From a virus: DNA of 64,000 nt. Under the pieces are notes generated by a model, which saw only the letters and a list, made by a program, of their open reading frames with translations, was not told the origin of the DNA and searched no databases. How positions within the stretch are numbered: position 1 is the stretch's first letter; each line of letters starts with the position of its first letter. Both the position numbers and the translations under genes were made by a program. Of this stretch, positions 1-10,602 are shown piece by piece. The stretch spans positions 1-64,000 of IMG/VR virus record IMGVR_UViG_3300033512_000218; one strand, written 5' to 3'.

Positions 1-283
1 CCAATATATCAAAACTATATAATGATTGGTATCCACTATATTGAATATTTTGAAATTTAAGATATTGATAATCATGATTTCCTAATAATAATTCAACTTT
101 ATTAGTATTATTCTTTTTTAATTCTAAAATACTTTTAAAATTGTCCATTTGAATACTAAATGGTATATCAAAACTATCAAAATAATCCCCGACAAATATA
201 ATTTTATTATATTGGGATATATCTATATTCTTCCATGTATCTCTTCCATGAACATCTCCTACAACTATAATTTTATTCTCCAT
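1..283 (-). CDS. metallophosphoesterase (calcineurin-like), runs off window start
   Basis: Manual translation MENKIIVVGDVHGRD...FVGDYFD...IIGNHDYQY shows DxH, GDxxD and GNHD motifs. Confidence 0.88.
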   Translation of the reverse strand, partial: MENKIIVVGDVHGRDTWKNIDISQYNKIIFVGDYFDSFDIPFSIQMDNFKSILELKKNNTNKVELLLGNHDYQYLKFQNIQYSGYQSLYSFDIL

Positions 284-554
284 TTAATATTTTTTTAATA
301 TCTAAAAAATTACACCAATATTCATCGGAATAACATTCATCATTGATTTCTGAATCATATATATTTTTTGATGTTAAAACAATATTATTTATTTTACTGA
401 TAATATCATTATTTTTGATTATATTAAATGATAAACATATTGATTTAATTATGCCAGTTAAATTATTATAATCAACTGAATTAGGTAATAATCCAGTTGA
501 TTCAGTTATATTTTTCTGATAAGTATTTATTAAACTATCAATTATTTTTTCCAT
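273..554 (-). CDS. hypothetical protein
   Basis: 93-aa ORF tightly packed in a minus-strand operon. Confidence 0.6.
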   Translation of the reverse strand: MEKIIDSLINTYQKNITESTGLLPNSVDYNNLTGIIKSICLSFNIIKNNDIISKINNIVLTSKNIYDSEINDECYSDEYWCNFLDIKKILNGE

Positions 555-904
555 TATTGATTGTATGTTTGTTTTAATTTATTAACTTCTTTATCATATA
601 AATATTTATTAGCAGTTTCAAGACTACTAAAACATTTATATGTTTCTCCATATAAATTATATAATGATTTTTTAATTTCACTCATACTATAATTTAAAGT
701 ATTTGTTATTTGAGGAAATTTGATATTATCATTTACACAATAAAAATCAGTATTTTCATATAATCCTACACCATCTTCAGTAAGTAGTACGATACCTTCA
801 ACTATTTCAATGGATTCATTTATATTTAAATCATATATGGTAATTGAATGATAACCTTTAACAGATGAATATATACTGAAAGCAAAATTATCACTTCTAT
901 TCAA
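554..904 (-). CDS. hypothetical protein; frame stays open upstream to ~1009 and the ATG at 1013 is one base out of frame
   Basis: ORF track plus manual reading (NNKKELLSEIKLKYPSG... upstream in frame); possible 1-nt frameshift or sequencing error. Confidence 0.5.
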   Translation of the reverse strand: MNRSDNFAFSIYSSVKGYHSITIYDLNINESIEIVEGIVLLTEDGVGLYENTDFYCVNDNIKFPQITNTLNYSMSEIKKSLYNLYGETYKCFSSLETANKYLYDKEVNKLKQTYNQ

Positions 905-1009
905 ACAAATATCTCCACTTAATTCATATAGAATATTATTTTTATCTCGTACTATTGTACCAGAAGGATATTTTAATTTTATTTCCGATAATAATTCTTT
1001 TTTATTATT

Positions 1010-1330
1010 TCATAGATTATTATTGGTAGGTAATGAAGGTATAATAGAACTTTGAATATTCCAATCATTTTCAGATGCAAATTCCCATCCACATTCAACT
1101 CCTTTTAAAAAATGATAATCATCTTTATCTAACAATAAAAAACATGATTGTATACCATTAATTTTAAATATATTTAATACTTTATATATTTCACCTTCTG
1201 TAGTATTTTCATCATATTTATAATTTAATGCTCCTAATTCTGTTGCATCAGGATGAGTTGTATAATCTGACCCTATATCAGTTACTTTAATAAATTTAAC
1301 TTGCTCGATTGGAATTTTAATTTTTTTCAT
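1010..1330 (-). CDS. hypothetical protein
   Basis: 106-aa ORF in operon. Confidence 0.6.
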   Translation of the reverse strand: MKKIKIPIEQVKFIKVTDIGSDYTTHPDATELGALNYKYDENTTEGEIYKVLNIFKINGIQSCFLLLDKDDYHFLKGVECGWEFASENDWNIQSSIIPSLPTNNNL

Positions 1331-1332
1331 AA

Positions 1333-1992
1333 TTATTTTGTGTTTAAAGTGAATAATTTAATTTTGTTATCTCTATAATGATATGTATATATACCAAATA
1401 ACCAAGCATATTCTAAATATTCTGTTTCGTTATCAATATAAAAAACAACATCATATTTTTTTCTTATTTCAATTAATCTTTTAATTTTCTGTAATTTACC
1501 TTTCATTGCATGTATTTCTTTTGGTAATCTTAAATTATTTTTTTCAAAATATTCATTTGTTACTGTTGGATTAGCAGTACAAATTTCAATTTTAATTTTA
1601 TCATGTAATAGTTCATATAACTTATGAAAATTATGTGAAGTACAAACTCCATCAAAATCCAATATTAATGTTGATTTTATCCCAGAATGCATATTAATCA
1701 TGTCAAACAGATTTTGTGAATCTGTTTTAACAATTGTATCTAAATCGTAACGATAAGCCCTATCAAAATGATGAACTTTTCTCATTAAATTTGTTAAATA
1801 TTCAACATATTTAATTATATCATAACCTAAATATTCTAAATATTTATTTATTTCTACAGTTTTACGATTGAAAACTTCAGTCATAATATGTTTTATGTGT
1901 ATAACAGCTCTATGAACAAGTAGGGTTTTACATAAACCGTACTCTGAAATATTATTCGGCATATTTGTTAAATAATTTTCCTCCCAATTCAT
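1333..1992 (-). CDS. HAD-superfamily hydrolase-like protein
   Basis: LILDFDGVCT (DxD motif I), later YIDN; start moved to ATG 1992, downstream of the promoter repeat. Confidence 0.6.
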   Translation of the reverse strand: MNWEENYLTNMPNNISEYGLCKTLLVHRAVIHIKHIMTEVFNRKTVEINKYLEYLGYDIIKYVEYLTNLMRKVHHFDRAYRYDLDTIVKTDSQNLFDMINMHSGIKSTLILDFDGVCTSHNFHKLYELLHDKIKIEICTANPTVTNEYFEKNNLRLPKEIHAMKGKLQKIKRLIEIRKKYDVVFYIDNETEYLEYAWLFGIYTYHYRDNKIKLFTLNTK

Positions 1993-2010
1993 AATAATAT
2001 TTTTTAAAAT

Positions 2011-2076
2011 TTGATAATACAAAGATAGACTATTTATTTCTAAAATCCAAATAAAACATTGTTAATAAATGTTAAA
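2011..2076 (-). promoter_or_regulatory. conserved 66-bp early promoter repeat
   Basis: TTTAACATTTATTAACA...TTTG...TATCTTTGT on minus strand. Confidence 0.8.
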
Positions 2077-2146
2077 ATTTATATTTTTAAAAAAATAGCA
2101 AATATATCTATTATATAATCAATGAGTTAAACTGTTAGTAATAATA

Positions 2147-2346
2147 CTATAATAGTGTTTTATAGTAAAGTTGTAATTCAGTTTCATTTTTAAAATATTT
2201 AATATCCTTTGGTATATAATTAACCATTTCTCTACCTTTAATTATCAATCCATCATAACCTATATTTAACATTTCTTTTTCCATTGAAGTATTATCATTA
2301 AAATATTTAACTGAATAATCAGTGCCATTTTATTTATGTTTTTCAT
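2147..2346 (-). pseudogene. frameshifted gene remnant (…GYDGLIIKGREMVNYIPKDIKYF…)
   Basis: ATG at 2346 is out of frame with a protein-like open frame; GYDG...E...P..IK resembles the C-terminus of phage ADP-ribosyltransferase-like domains. Confidence 0.3.
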
Positions 2347-2360
2347 AATTTATTTTTTAT

Positions 2361-2846
2361 TTAATTTTCAACATCCCAACTATTTGAATATGTATGATTA
2401 CGATAAAAATGAGCTATTCCTAATTGTTGTTTTAATCTCAAAAATTCTTCTGCTTCCATTCCTAAGTTTTCACAAATTTCTATATCGTTCATTCCTAAGT
2501 TTGATAATTTAACAACCAAATGACTCATTCCTTCAACTTGATGCATTCCTTTTATCCTATTCATAAGAACAGTTAATTGCATACGTTGTTCAGGTTTAAT
2601 ATCTAAATTAATAATACTAACTTTATCACTTTTTAATCTTTTTAATGTTTCATATCTATGATACCCATCTATAATAATATATTTATCTCCTTCTTTATTT
2701 ACTACAATAGGAAATAAAAACCCATAATCAACTATACATTCCGCTAATAAATCCATTTCCTTTTTAGGCATTTTATTAGGGTTATAATCATTAGCTATAA
2801 GTAAATCAATATCAACTATTTCAGGTATTTTAAAATCTATAATCAT
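2361..2846 (-). CDS. ParB/Srx-like nuclease domain protein (IbrB-like)
   Basis: NDYNPNKM, GFLFPIVV, IIDGYHR, NRIKG motifs; overlaps the IbrA-like gene. Confidence 0.88.
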   Translation of the reverse strand: MIIDFKIPEIVDIDLLIANDYNPNKMPKKEMDLLAECIVDYGFLFPIVVNKEGDKYIIIDGYHRYETLKRLKSDKVSIINLDIKPEQRMQLTVLMNRIKGMHQVEGMSHLVVKLSNLGMNDIEICENLGMEAEEFLRLKQQLGIAHFYRNHTYSNSWDVEN

Positions 2847-3919
2847 AATATATCAATCCATTTTTGTTTAACTTCCTTTCTTTTTTCTTCATGGTCTGTT
2901 TTTACATCAGTAATATTTTCCCAATCATTTATTAATAATTGTCCTACTTGCTGTTTATATACATCTTCATTTTTGGGATGATTTTCAAATCGTTTTTGAA
3001 ATCTTTCTTTTTGTTTTTTATTTGGATGATTAGTTAATAAAAAATCTCTAAATTCTTTCCAATTATTATAATGAGTAGGTAATTTTTCATTTGAATACAT
3101 TTGTTTTTCTTTTGCATATCTCATTGCTGTATCAATACCTTTTACTCTTTTACATAACCATTCAAATGTATCATATTCAAATTCGGGTAAATCTGTTAAA
3201 CATCTATAACTTTTTTCATGTATTAAACATGATACCCTCATTTCTTCTTTATGATAATCCTTTGCAAATTGATAATCATATATTTTATTATATCTAATAT
3301 TTTCATCATAAATATATCTCCAAATATCATCAAATCCCCAATCATAAATAGGATAAAAATTTATAAGATTATTATTAGATGTTTTACTACTCCAAGCAAT
3401 ATTATTAATTGCTGGATGTTTTGTTACTGCTCTATATCTATTAAGACTTTCATTACTTCTTAATCCTATTAATTGTGCTGTTGGTTTTGTATATTGTTTT
3501 TCTATATTAGGAATTAGTTTTTCCCATGTTAAGTTATTAGAAAATCCTATGTCTTTTATAGAATCAGTTTCAAATGTTCTTATATTATTACCGTCCCAAC
3601 AATGTAAATAATCTTGTTCATAAGATACTGAATTTGTCATGTAAAATGATAATTGATACCATTTCATATTTACATTTGATAATTTAGATATATAACGTAT
3701 TATATTTATAGTATCTTTATATTCAGCTTCTTGGTCAATAAACATAACATCTATAAATCTATTTCGTTTTATAGCCTCCTTCCAAGTTAAATGAAATAAT
3801 ACAGAACTATCCTTACCTCCACTAACTGATACACTTATATTTTCATACATATCAAATAATAGTGAAATTCGTTCTTGTGAAGCTGTTAATACTGATTTTT
3901 TTCTATAAATTCTGCTCAT
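2843..3919 (-). CDS. PAPS-reductase family protein (IbrA-like)
   Basis: PP-loop SVSGGKDS, FIDQEAEY, IGLRSNESLNR, YPIYDW, MRVSCLIHE. Confidence 0.88.
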   Translation of the reverse strand: MSRIYRKKSVLTASQERISLLFDMYENISVSVSGGKDSSVLFHLTWKEAIKRNRFIDVMFIDQEAEYKDTINIIRYISKLSNVNMKWYQLSFYMTNSVSYEQDYLHCWDGNNIRTFETDSIKDIGFSNNLTWEKLIPNIEKQYTKPTAQLIGLRSNESLNRYRAVTKHPAINNIAWSSKTSNNNLINFYPIYDWGFDDIWRYIYDENIRYNKIYDYQFAKDYHKEEMRVSCLIHEKSYRCLTDLPEFEYDTFEWLCKRVKGIDTAMRYAKEKQMYSNEKLPTHYNNWKEFRDFLLTNHPNKKQKERFQKRFENHPKNEDVYKQQVGQLLINDWENITDVKTDHEEKRKEVKQKWIDIL

Positions 3920-4502
3920 ACGTTAATGATTGTCTTGTACTACTTCTTCTTTTATCTATCATAGAAATACCTATTCTATGATTAACTAAATTAGGAATAA
4001 CAATCCAATATTTTAATTTATTTTGTTTAAAAAATTGTGCCATTACAATATCTGTAGGACATCCTTTTTCATTCATTGTTTTTTCATATTCTTTTGCAAA
4101 TATATATAATTCATTTGCTAATCCTTTTGGTAAATAATAACATTGTTGCATTAGAAATTTACTTCCTGCTTCATATCTACTACCTATTATAATATCATTT
4201 TTTCTCATTGAAAAGAATTGGATAATATCATTAGGTCGTTTTGATATTTCATTAAGTATTTTATTATAAAAATCTTTACATAATACTATATCATCATCCA
4301 TTTGTACAGTTGCATTATTACCTACTAATTTCCATCCTCTTAAATAATTCTTCCATACAGATGTTATAATATCATTATCAGAAATAAAATCATCATAATT
4401 AACAATTAAATTATTTATATTTAAATTAAGATAATTAATATAACTTTCTCTTCCTTTACATGTTTGTACTATAAAAGTAGGTAAATTTGTTTCTAAGTTC
4501 AT
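3903..4502 (-). CDS. putative GT-A fold glycosyltransferase
   Basis: VQMDDDIVLC (DxD) and C-terminal PNLVNH. Confidence 0.5.
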   Translation of the reverse strand: MNLETNLPTFIVQTCKGRESYINYLNLNINNLIVNYDDFISDNDIITSVWKNYLRGWKLVGNNATVQMDDDIVLCKDFYNKILNEISKRPNDIIQFFSMRKNDIIIGSRYEAGSKFLMQQCYYLPKGLANELYIFAKEYEKTMNEKGCPTDIVMAQFFKQNKLKYWIVIPNLVNHRIGISMIDKRRSSTRQSLTYEQNL

Positions 4503-5481
4503 TATTAAAAATTTTATTATAAAAATAACTTTCTAATTTATTATTTGTTAAATTTAATTGAATAACTTTTTGATTATCATTTAACTCTGATTCAATATAT
4601 ATCCAATCATGTGGTTTTACAATAGGCATTTCAGCCAAAATAATTGTATCAAATTTTGTATATAATGAAGGATTAGAATGTATTGATATAAAACTTACAT
4701 TTTTATTTTCCATATACTTTAAAAACATTTTTGGGTATATTACTAAACAATTAATTGCTATTGCAACATTACCATTTAAGTTTTTAGTTATATCATTTAT
4801 TATATTAAATTTAGTTTCAATTAAATTAATTTTTTCGCTACATGTATTATATAGTTTAATTGGATTTTTAAAATCTTCTACTTGAAGTTGTTTTGTATTT
4901 TCGTATTCTTTTATATCATTATCATTCATTTGCCAAGTTATTACTTCTCTATTTTTAAAGAAATATTCATAATCTTGAATATAATACTCACTTATTTTTT
5001 CTTTTATTATTTCAAACGAATGTGCTGTATTTATTGTTCCATCATTTTGTTCTTCTAAATAATTTGATTTAAATGTATTATATGAATTATATCCTAATAT
5101 TTCTTTACCTAAAAACCAAAAAGGATAAAATATTTCGTATGGTTCTGTATAAAAAGGAACTACATCAGTAACAATAATATTATTAATTGATTGACTAATA
5201 TCTTTTAAATACTTCTTTTTTCCATCTCCAAAAAATATAAACTTTAAAACATTATCAATTATCAATAAACTATTTTTTGTAAATGTATTTACAAAGGTTA
5301 TCCAATTAGAATTTTTATTTAATTCTTTTAACGGTAATATAATAGCATTAATATTATCAAATATATTTTTTCTATGTTCTTCACATAAAATATAAACATA
5401 ATCTGGTTTTATTTCAGATATTGATTTTTTTATAAATGATACTTTATTTTTATCGCTTTTTGAAACATAAAATTTTTTCAT
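4456..5481 (-). CDS. hypothetical protein, possibly a degenerate SF2-helicase-like fold
   Basis: LLIID, PYEIFYPFWFLGKEILGYNSY loosely SNF2-like; no Walker A; first gene of the IbrAB-like operon. Confidence 0.4.
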   Translation of the reverse strand: MKKFYVSKSDKNKVSFIKKSISEIKPDYVYILCEEHRKNIFDNINAIILPLKELNKNSNWITFVNTFTKNSLLIIDNVLKFIFFGDGKKKYLKDISQSINNIIVTDVVPFYTEPYEIFYPFWFLGKEILGYNSYNTFKSNYLEEQNDGTINTAHSFEIIKEKISEYYIQDYEYFFKNREVITWQMNDNDIKEYENTKQLQVEDFKNPIKLYNTCSEKINLIETKFNIINDITKNLNGNVAIAINCLVIYPKMFLKYMENKNVSFISIHSNPSLYTKFDTIILAEMPIVKPHDWIYIESELNDNQKVIQLNLTNNKLESYFYNKIFNNELRNKFTYFYSTNM

Positions 5482-5588
5482 AATACATTTTTTATTTTAT
5501 ATAAATTAAATAAAAAAACACTAAATGTTTGATTTAGTGTTTAAATATATTGAAATTATTTTATACCTTTATTTTTTTTATATAGTTT

Positions 5589-6767
5589 TTATCTTGTGTA
5601 TATAAAATGTGGAATAGTATTAAGTATTCCAGTAATACTTTCATTTTCTCGTTGAATAACTTCCAATTGATTTACATTCATCATTTGTTCAAGTTGTTCT
5701 CTTAATTGTTCAATTAGATTTTGTCTTAATTCCATACCTTCACTTTTAAGAGAATCTCCATTTAAACTTACTTCACTATCAGGAATAGGAATACTTGAAT
5801 ATTTTCCTCTAATTTCACCCAATAATATTTTTGAACATGCAAAAGTTAATTCTCTTATCCATTCTTTTCCAGGTTGATTTATTTTACTATATTGTATAAT
5901 ACCATATGGAGCATTACTATAATCAGTAATAGTATTTCCATCATCATTATTATTAACAACACTATCCCTATCTTCTATAATAATATAATCAAAATAAACT
6001 CTTGATACATCTGTAATAGGATATGGAAATAATGTTAATTGATTATTTACTAATTTAAAAGTATATGCACTTTTTCTAACAGTCATATTAAATTCAATAG
6101 CTTGTAATCTTAGTAAATCTTCATAAATAGGCATCATAACAAAACTAACTGCTGGACTCATTTTGTCCCAACCAAATTCACTCATCATATAATTTGTACC
6201 AACACCTGTACCAACGTATGGGTCAAAATAACGAGATATTGCAGGAGGAGCTTCATGATATACTTTTTTAATTTCAATTGATTTACCTGGAACATTCAAT
6301 TCTGCCCATTCATTTAAATTATATGTTTGTTTGTTTAGTATTAAATCAATATATCCTTTATGATATGTTATAGTTCCACCAGAACCTGCTTCAGAACCAT
6401 ATTCTTTAGCTAAACGTATAATTGAACCTAATCCTGATTTAACTTGTTTATTTGTTAAATCTTGACTTGTTGAAGCACCTTTAATTCTTAATAAGTTTTC
6501 TCTTATTTTATATTTATTTAATTCAGATGTATATGTATAAATAGCATCTTCAAAACAAGTGTAAATATTAATATCTTGTAATTCAACATCAACTAAAGGA
6601 TAACCTAATTTATATGCTACATATTTTGCTATTCTTGGAGCATCACTTTGAAATTGTATATCATTATCATAATATCCAAACGGAGGTAATCCTTCAACTG
6701 GTCTTGGATGATTATCCCATACAGGTATATTATCAATTAAATCATTTGGAATATATTCTTTACTCAT
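5589..6767 (-). CDS. putative neck / head-tail adaptor protein (T4 gp13-like)
   Basis: LGYPLVDVEL near N-terminus and LGEIRGKYSSIPIP..VSLNG near C-terminus; late motif upstream. Confidence 0.7.
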   Translation of the reverse strand: MSKEYIPNDLIDNIPVWDNHPRPVEGLPPFGYYDNDIQFQSDAPRIAKYVAYKLGYPLVDVELQDINIYTCFEDAIYTYTSELNKYKIRENLLRIKGASTSQDLTNKQVKSGLGSIIRLAKEYGSEAGSGGTITYHKGYIDLILNKQTYNLNEWAELNVPGKSIEIKKVYHEAPPAISRYFDPYVGTGVGTNYMMSEFGWDKMSPAVSFVMMPIYEDLLRLQAIEFNMTVRKSAYTFKLVNNQLTLFPYPITDVSRVYFDYIIIEDRDSVVNNNDDGNTITDYSNAPYGIIQYSKINQPGKEWIRELTFACSKILLGEIRGKYSSIPIPDSEVSLNGDSLKSEGMELRQNLIEQLREQLEQMMNVNQLEVIQRENESITGILNTIPHFIYTR

Positions 6768-6776
6768 AATTTTTAA

Positions 6777-6785
6777 TATAAATAC
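6777..6785 (-). promoter_or_regulatory. putative late promoter GTATTTATA
   Basis: ~10 nt upstream of neck gene ATG; recurs before virion genes. Confidence 0.55.
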
Positions 6786-6850
6786 ATTTTAACATTTATT
6801 AACACTAATTAATTTAAAATACACTTTAATAATTAAAGTGTATTTTTTTT

Positions 6851-6859
6851 GTATTTATA
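6851..6859 (+). promoter_or_regulatory. putative late promoter GTATTTATA
   Basis: just upstream of ATG 6872. Confidence 0.5.
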
Positions 6860-6871
6860 TTAAATAATAAA

Positions 6872-7153
6872 ATGAATAATATAGATAAACTAATATATGA
6901 TGTAAATATTCTAATACAAATATTAGAATATAAAATTAAACGTGTTGTTAGAAATAACAAAATTGTTAAAAAGAAAACATGCGGAGAAGGATATAAATTT
7001 AATAGTAATACAAATAAATGTGAAAAAATGTCCCCACTTGAAATTATAAATAGAAGACGTTCACAAAAAAGGGCATCATTTAAACGTAAATCAAAATCTT
7101 CTCAAATAAATAGAAAACGTAATAAATCAAATCAAAAAAGAAAATCATTTTAA
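6872..7153 (+). CDS. small, highly basic protein (possible virion DNA-binding protein)
   Basis: K/R-rich C-terminus, two Cys; late motif upstream. Confidence 0.55.
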   Translation: MNNIDKLIYDVNILIQILEYKIKRVVRNNKIVKKKTCGEGYKFNSNTNKCEKMSPLEIINRRRSQKRASFKRKSKSSQINRKRNKSNQKRKSF

Positions 7154-7162
7154 ATTGATATA

Positions 7163-7555
7163 TTAAAAATAAACATAACAATTCGGAAGAAGCATTTTTA
7201 TTTCATTTCTATTATCCAAAGAAATATCATTACCTTTTAAATGAAGTCGTGTTAATGATGTAAGGTATTTTATCTCCTTAGGTAAATATGTTAATTGATT
7301 ATTACTTAAATCTAACCAGGTTAATTTAGTTAATTTTTTTATTTCATTTGAAATATTTGATATTTTATTATTACATAAATAAAGTACTACTAAATCAGTA
7401 TACTCATTAATATAATCAGGTATTATTTTTATATCATTATTATTTAAATTTAATAATGATATTTTTTTATGATTTAAAGAATTAAATAATGGGAAATTAT
7501 TCAAATTTGTATTATTTAATTCTACTGTTTTGTTATTTTCGTCTATATTATTCAA
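7163..7555 (-). CDS. leucine-rich repeat protein
   Basis: LxxLxLxxNxL repeats (LTWLDLSNNQLTYLP). Confidence 0.85.
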   Translation of the reverse strand: MNNIDENNKTVELNNTNLNNFPLFNSLNHKKISLLNLNNNDIKIIPDYINEYTDLVVLYLCNNKISNISNEIKKLTKLTWLDLSNNQLTYLPKEIKYLTSLTRLHLKGNDISLDNRNEIKMLLPNCYVYF

Positions 7556-7572
7556 TATTTATTAGTTTTAAA

Positions 7573-8016
7573 TTATAAATTTAATATTCTTTGTAGTATA
7601 TATAACCCAGCAATTAAACATATACCTTTTATTAATAAATAAAACATTAAACTTGTAGGAGTTTTAAATATTTTCTTTAATATTATATCAAATAAAGAAG
7701 TATTTCCTATGTATAGAGGATGTTTACCACTTACAATATTAACTATAAAATCAAATATTCCAAATCTAACAAGTGAATATCCAATTAGTAATACTGATAT
7801 AAAATAAAATGTGTTATTTTTTAGTAATATTAAAGCTGTATTACTTAATAGAACAGGAGTTAATACTAAAAATAATAATGATAATATTGTTAATGCAAAG
7901 AAAAAATGATATAAATATCCTAATAATTTATTTTCTTTATACGTAAATGCTCTAATTCTAACTCCATCTGCAACAGAATTAAATATAATCGAAAGTGTTA
8001 ATAATAGTGTAATCAT
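7573..8016 (-). CDS. multi-pass membrane protein
   Basis: ~4 hydrophobic segments; GTATTTATA motif at 8032-8040 (-). Confidence 0.65.
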   Translation of the reverse strand: MITLLLTLSIIFNSVADGVRIRAFTYKENKLLGYLYHFFFALTILSLLFLVLTPVLLSNTALILLKNNTFYFISVLLIGYSLVRFGIFDFIVNIVSGKHPLYIGNTSLFDIILKKIFKTPTSLMFYLLIKGICLIAGLYILQRILNL

Positions 8017-8197
8017 AATTTGTTGTTTTTATATAAATACTAAAAAGGATAATTTAGTTAAAAATTATCCTTTCATCTTTACTCATCTTTATTCAAATTT
8101 TTAAAAATATGTTTTACTATTATTATTCCTAAAACTAAACCACAAACAATTACCGTAGCAATTATTCCTCCAATAACCAAAATTGCTATATTCATAT

Positions 8198-8581
8198 TTA
8201 TCTATTTTTATAATCATTTACGAAATCAACCATTTTATTATATACAAGTTCAAAATTATTATTATATTCTTTAAATAACCAATAATATGTTGAACTATTA
8301 CCTCCACATTCATAATCAATATCAACACCTATTCCAATATTAAATATATAAACATGAATATGCCAACCATTATAGCAACTTCCTGCGTATTTAAAATAAC
8401 ATGAGCTAATATAATCTATTTTTTCATTTTCTATTATATTATAACTACAGTAACTATCATTTTGTCTATATATAAATCCTTCAGTATTAATAAAGTTCAA
8501 TGTTTCAGGATAAAATATTTCTGTGTTGATATCAGGTGTATTATTTTTTGGTATGTCATTTAATGATTTTAAATTATTCAT
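8198..8581 (-). CDS. hypothetical protein
   Basis: 127-aa ORF. Confidence 0.6.
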   Translation of the reverse strand: MNNLKSLNDIPKNNTPDINTEIFYPETLNFINTEGFIYRQNDSYCSYNIIENEKIDYISSCYFKYAGSCYNGWHIHVYIFNIGIGVDIDYECGGNSSTYYWLFKEYNNNFELVYNKMVDFVNDYKNR

Positions 8582-8972
8582 TATCTTCCTCTTTTGAAAT
8601 TAAATTTATTTTTATATCATTATTAATTATAAGACAATCTTTTAATATAGTTGGATTAAAATCAGTTTCTGAATTAAATATATAAATTCCATTTAACTCA
8701 TTTCCAATAAGTTCAGTTATATCTAAAATATTATCTTCTTCAAATAATTCAACTGGAACAATTGATAATATTCCACTATTGCAATATAATCTAATATCAT
8801 TTTTATTATTACTGTAGATAAATTCAGGTGCTACAATAGTTGTAAAAACTTTACAACTAAATATCACATTTTCACTATTTTCAAAATAATTTGTTTCTTT
8901 TGTTATAGTATCAAATGTTAATTCGTTGAACATATAACTCAAATCACCTAAATAATAAGTTCCTTTTTTCAT
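8574..8972 (-). CDS. hypothetical phage protein
   Basis: GTYYLGDLSY N-terminus and NSGILSIVP, a pattern I recall from phage hypotheticals. Confidence 0.6.
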   Translation of the reverse strand: MKKGTYYLGDLSYMFNELTFDTITKETNYFENSENVIFSCKVFTTIVAPEFIYSNNKNDIRLYCNSGILSIVPVELFEEDNILDITELIGNELNGIYIFNSETDFNPTILKDCLIINNDIKINLISKEEDNE

Positions 8973-9068
8973 GTTAAAATATTTTAAGTTGTTAATAATA
9001 ATATAAATAAAGTAAATTTTTTAAACTAATATAAATAAGTTCAATTAGTTTCATATCTTTAGTTGTTA

Positions 9069-9134
9069 ATAATATCACAAAGATAATATAAATAAAGTAA
9101 AAATACAAATAAAATAGTGTTAATAAAAGTTAAA
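9069..9134 (-). promoter_or_regulatory. conserved early promoter repeat
   Basis: TTTAACTTTTATTAACA...TTTGTA...TATCTTTGTG. Confidence 0.75.
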
Positions 9135-9171
9135 TATTTTTTATTTTTTTTAAATTAAATAAAAAATATAT

Positions 9172-10263
9172 ATGTATAATGTAAATATAAGTAATTCCGA
9201 TAATAATATAATCATTGAATTAACTGATATAAATGAAGAATCAAAAATATATCAATATATAAACTATATTTTAAATTATAAAAATGAAATATTAATAAAA
9301 GAAAAAATATTTGAATTATTAAAACTAAAAAGAATTGCTAATATAAATAATAAAAAATATTTTGATACATTATTAAATGAGATTAGTGATATATTTTTTA
9401 AATGTATTGATTATAAATATATTATTAGTTTTTTAGATTTAATTATAAAAGAACCATATATAATGGATGTATCAAATAATAATATATTTAATATATCTGA
9501 TATTATAACATACTATATTAATAAATTAAATATTACAGATAATAGTATTATAAATATCAAATTATTTTTAAATTTATTTATCAATTATAAAACTATTACT
9601 ACAATAGGAAAAGGAGAATTTTTTATTCTTATTATGACAGATACCAAAATAAGCGATATAGATGGAAAAAGTGATATAATGATTGATGGGTTCCTAATTG
9701 AATTAAAAGGCAACAGTGGACGTTTAAGAGGTCAATATGGATTTAATTCAACTGGTATAGCATGGAATAATTTTGTTAAGAAATTAAATGAAACTTTACC
9801 TATCAATATAATAAATGAATTAAATTTAACCGAATTAAATACTTGGAATTTTAATAATAAACAACTAACAAATGTTATTTCAAATTATAAAAAAATTATA
9901 GAATATACAGATATAAATACATTCAATGATATAATCAAATCATTCTTTAAAACTTTATATACAAATATAGATGATTATGATTTAAACAGATTTATTAATA
10001 TGATAACAATTAAGGATAAAATTGTATTAAATGAAAACCAATTACTTAATTTATATCTTACCCTAAATTATAATTATTATAAGAAAATAGAACAATTCGA
10101 TTTTCTAATGTTATTTGATACAAATGATACATATAATATATTATTTATTAGAGATGAAATAGATTTTATTTCTAAATTAGGAAGAAACTTGTTTAAAGTT
10201 AGTTCTGGTATATCTATGAAGGATACAAGTATAGCAAATGCATTTGGAATTTCATTAACTTAA
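9172..10263 (+). CDS. putative PD-(D/E)XK nuclease-fold protein
   Basis: GKGE...SDIMIDGFLIELKG. Confidence 0.5.
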   Translation: MYNVNISNSDNNIIIELTDINEESKIYQYINYILNYKNEILIKEKIFELLKLKRIANINNKKYFDTLLNEISDIFFKCIDYKYIISFLDLIIKEPYIMDVSNNNIFNISDIITYYINKLNITDNSIINIKLFLNLFINYKTITTIGKGEFFILIMTDTKISDIDGKSDIMIDGFLIELKGNSGRLRGQYGFNSTGIAWNNFVKKLNETLPINIINELNLTELNTWNFNNKQLTNVISNYKKIIEYTDINTFNDIIKSFFKTLYTNIDDYDLNRFINMITIKDKIVLNENQLLNLYLTLNYNYYKKIEQFDFLMLFDTNDTYNILFIRDEIDFISKLGRNLFKVSSGISMKDTSIANAFGISLT

Positions 10264-10272
10264 TTTAATTAT

Positions 10273-10572
10273 ATGATTGCTTATAAATTATGCAGAAAAA
10301 AGAAAAATGGAGATATAACTTCATTATTCATTAATAAATCAGAAACATTATTATTTAATGTTTGGATTGAAGCAAAATCGTTTCCAACCAAAGGATTTAA
10401 AGTTAGACCTTTTTGGCATTGTACATCTTCACCTATTGCTCCTCATTTATTTTTAAAAGGAAGAGTTTGGGTTAAAGTTGAAATAGATGATTATGAAATA
10501 TTTAATCGTCCTGAAAATCAAGGAGGTATTTGGTTTTTAGCAAAAAAAATAAAATTGTTGGAAATTATTTAA
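10273..10572 (+). CDS. hypothetical phage protein
   Basis: 99-aa ORF (RPFWHC..P.APHL). Confidence 0.65.
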   Translation: MIAYKLCRKKKNGDITSLFINKSETLLFNVWIEAKSFPTKGFKVRPFWHCTSSPIAPHLFLKGRVWVKVEIDDYEIFNRPENQGGIWFLAKKIKLLEII

Positions 10573-10602
10573 AATAAATTATTTAATTTAAAATAAAAAG
10601 TT

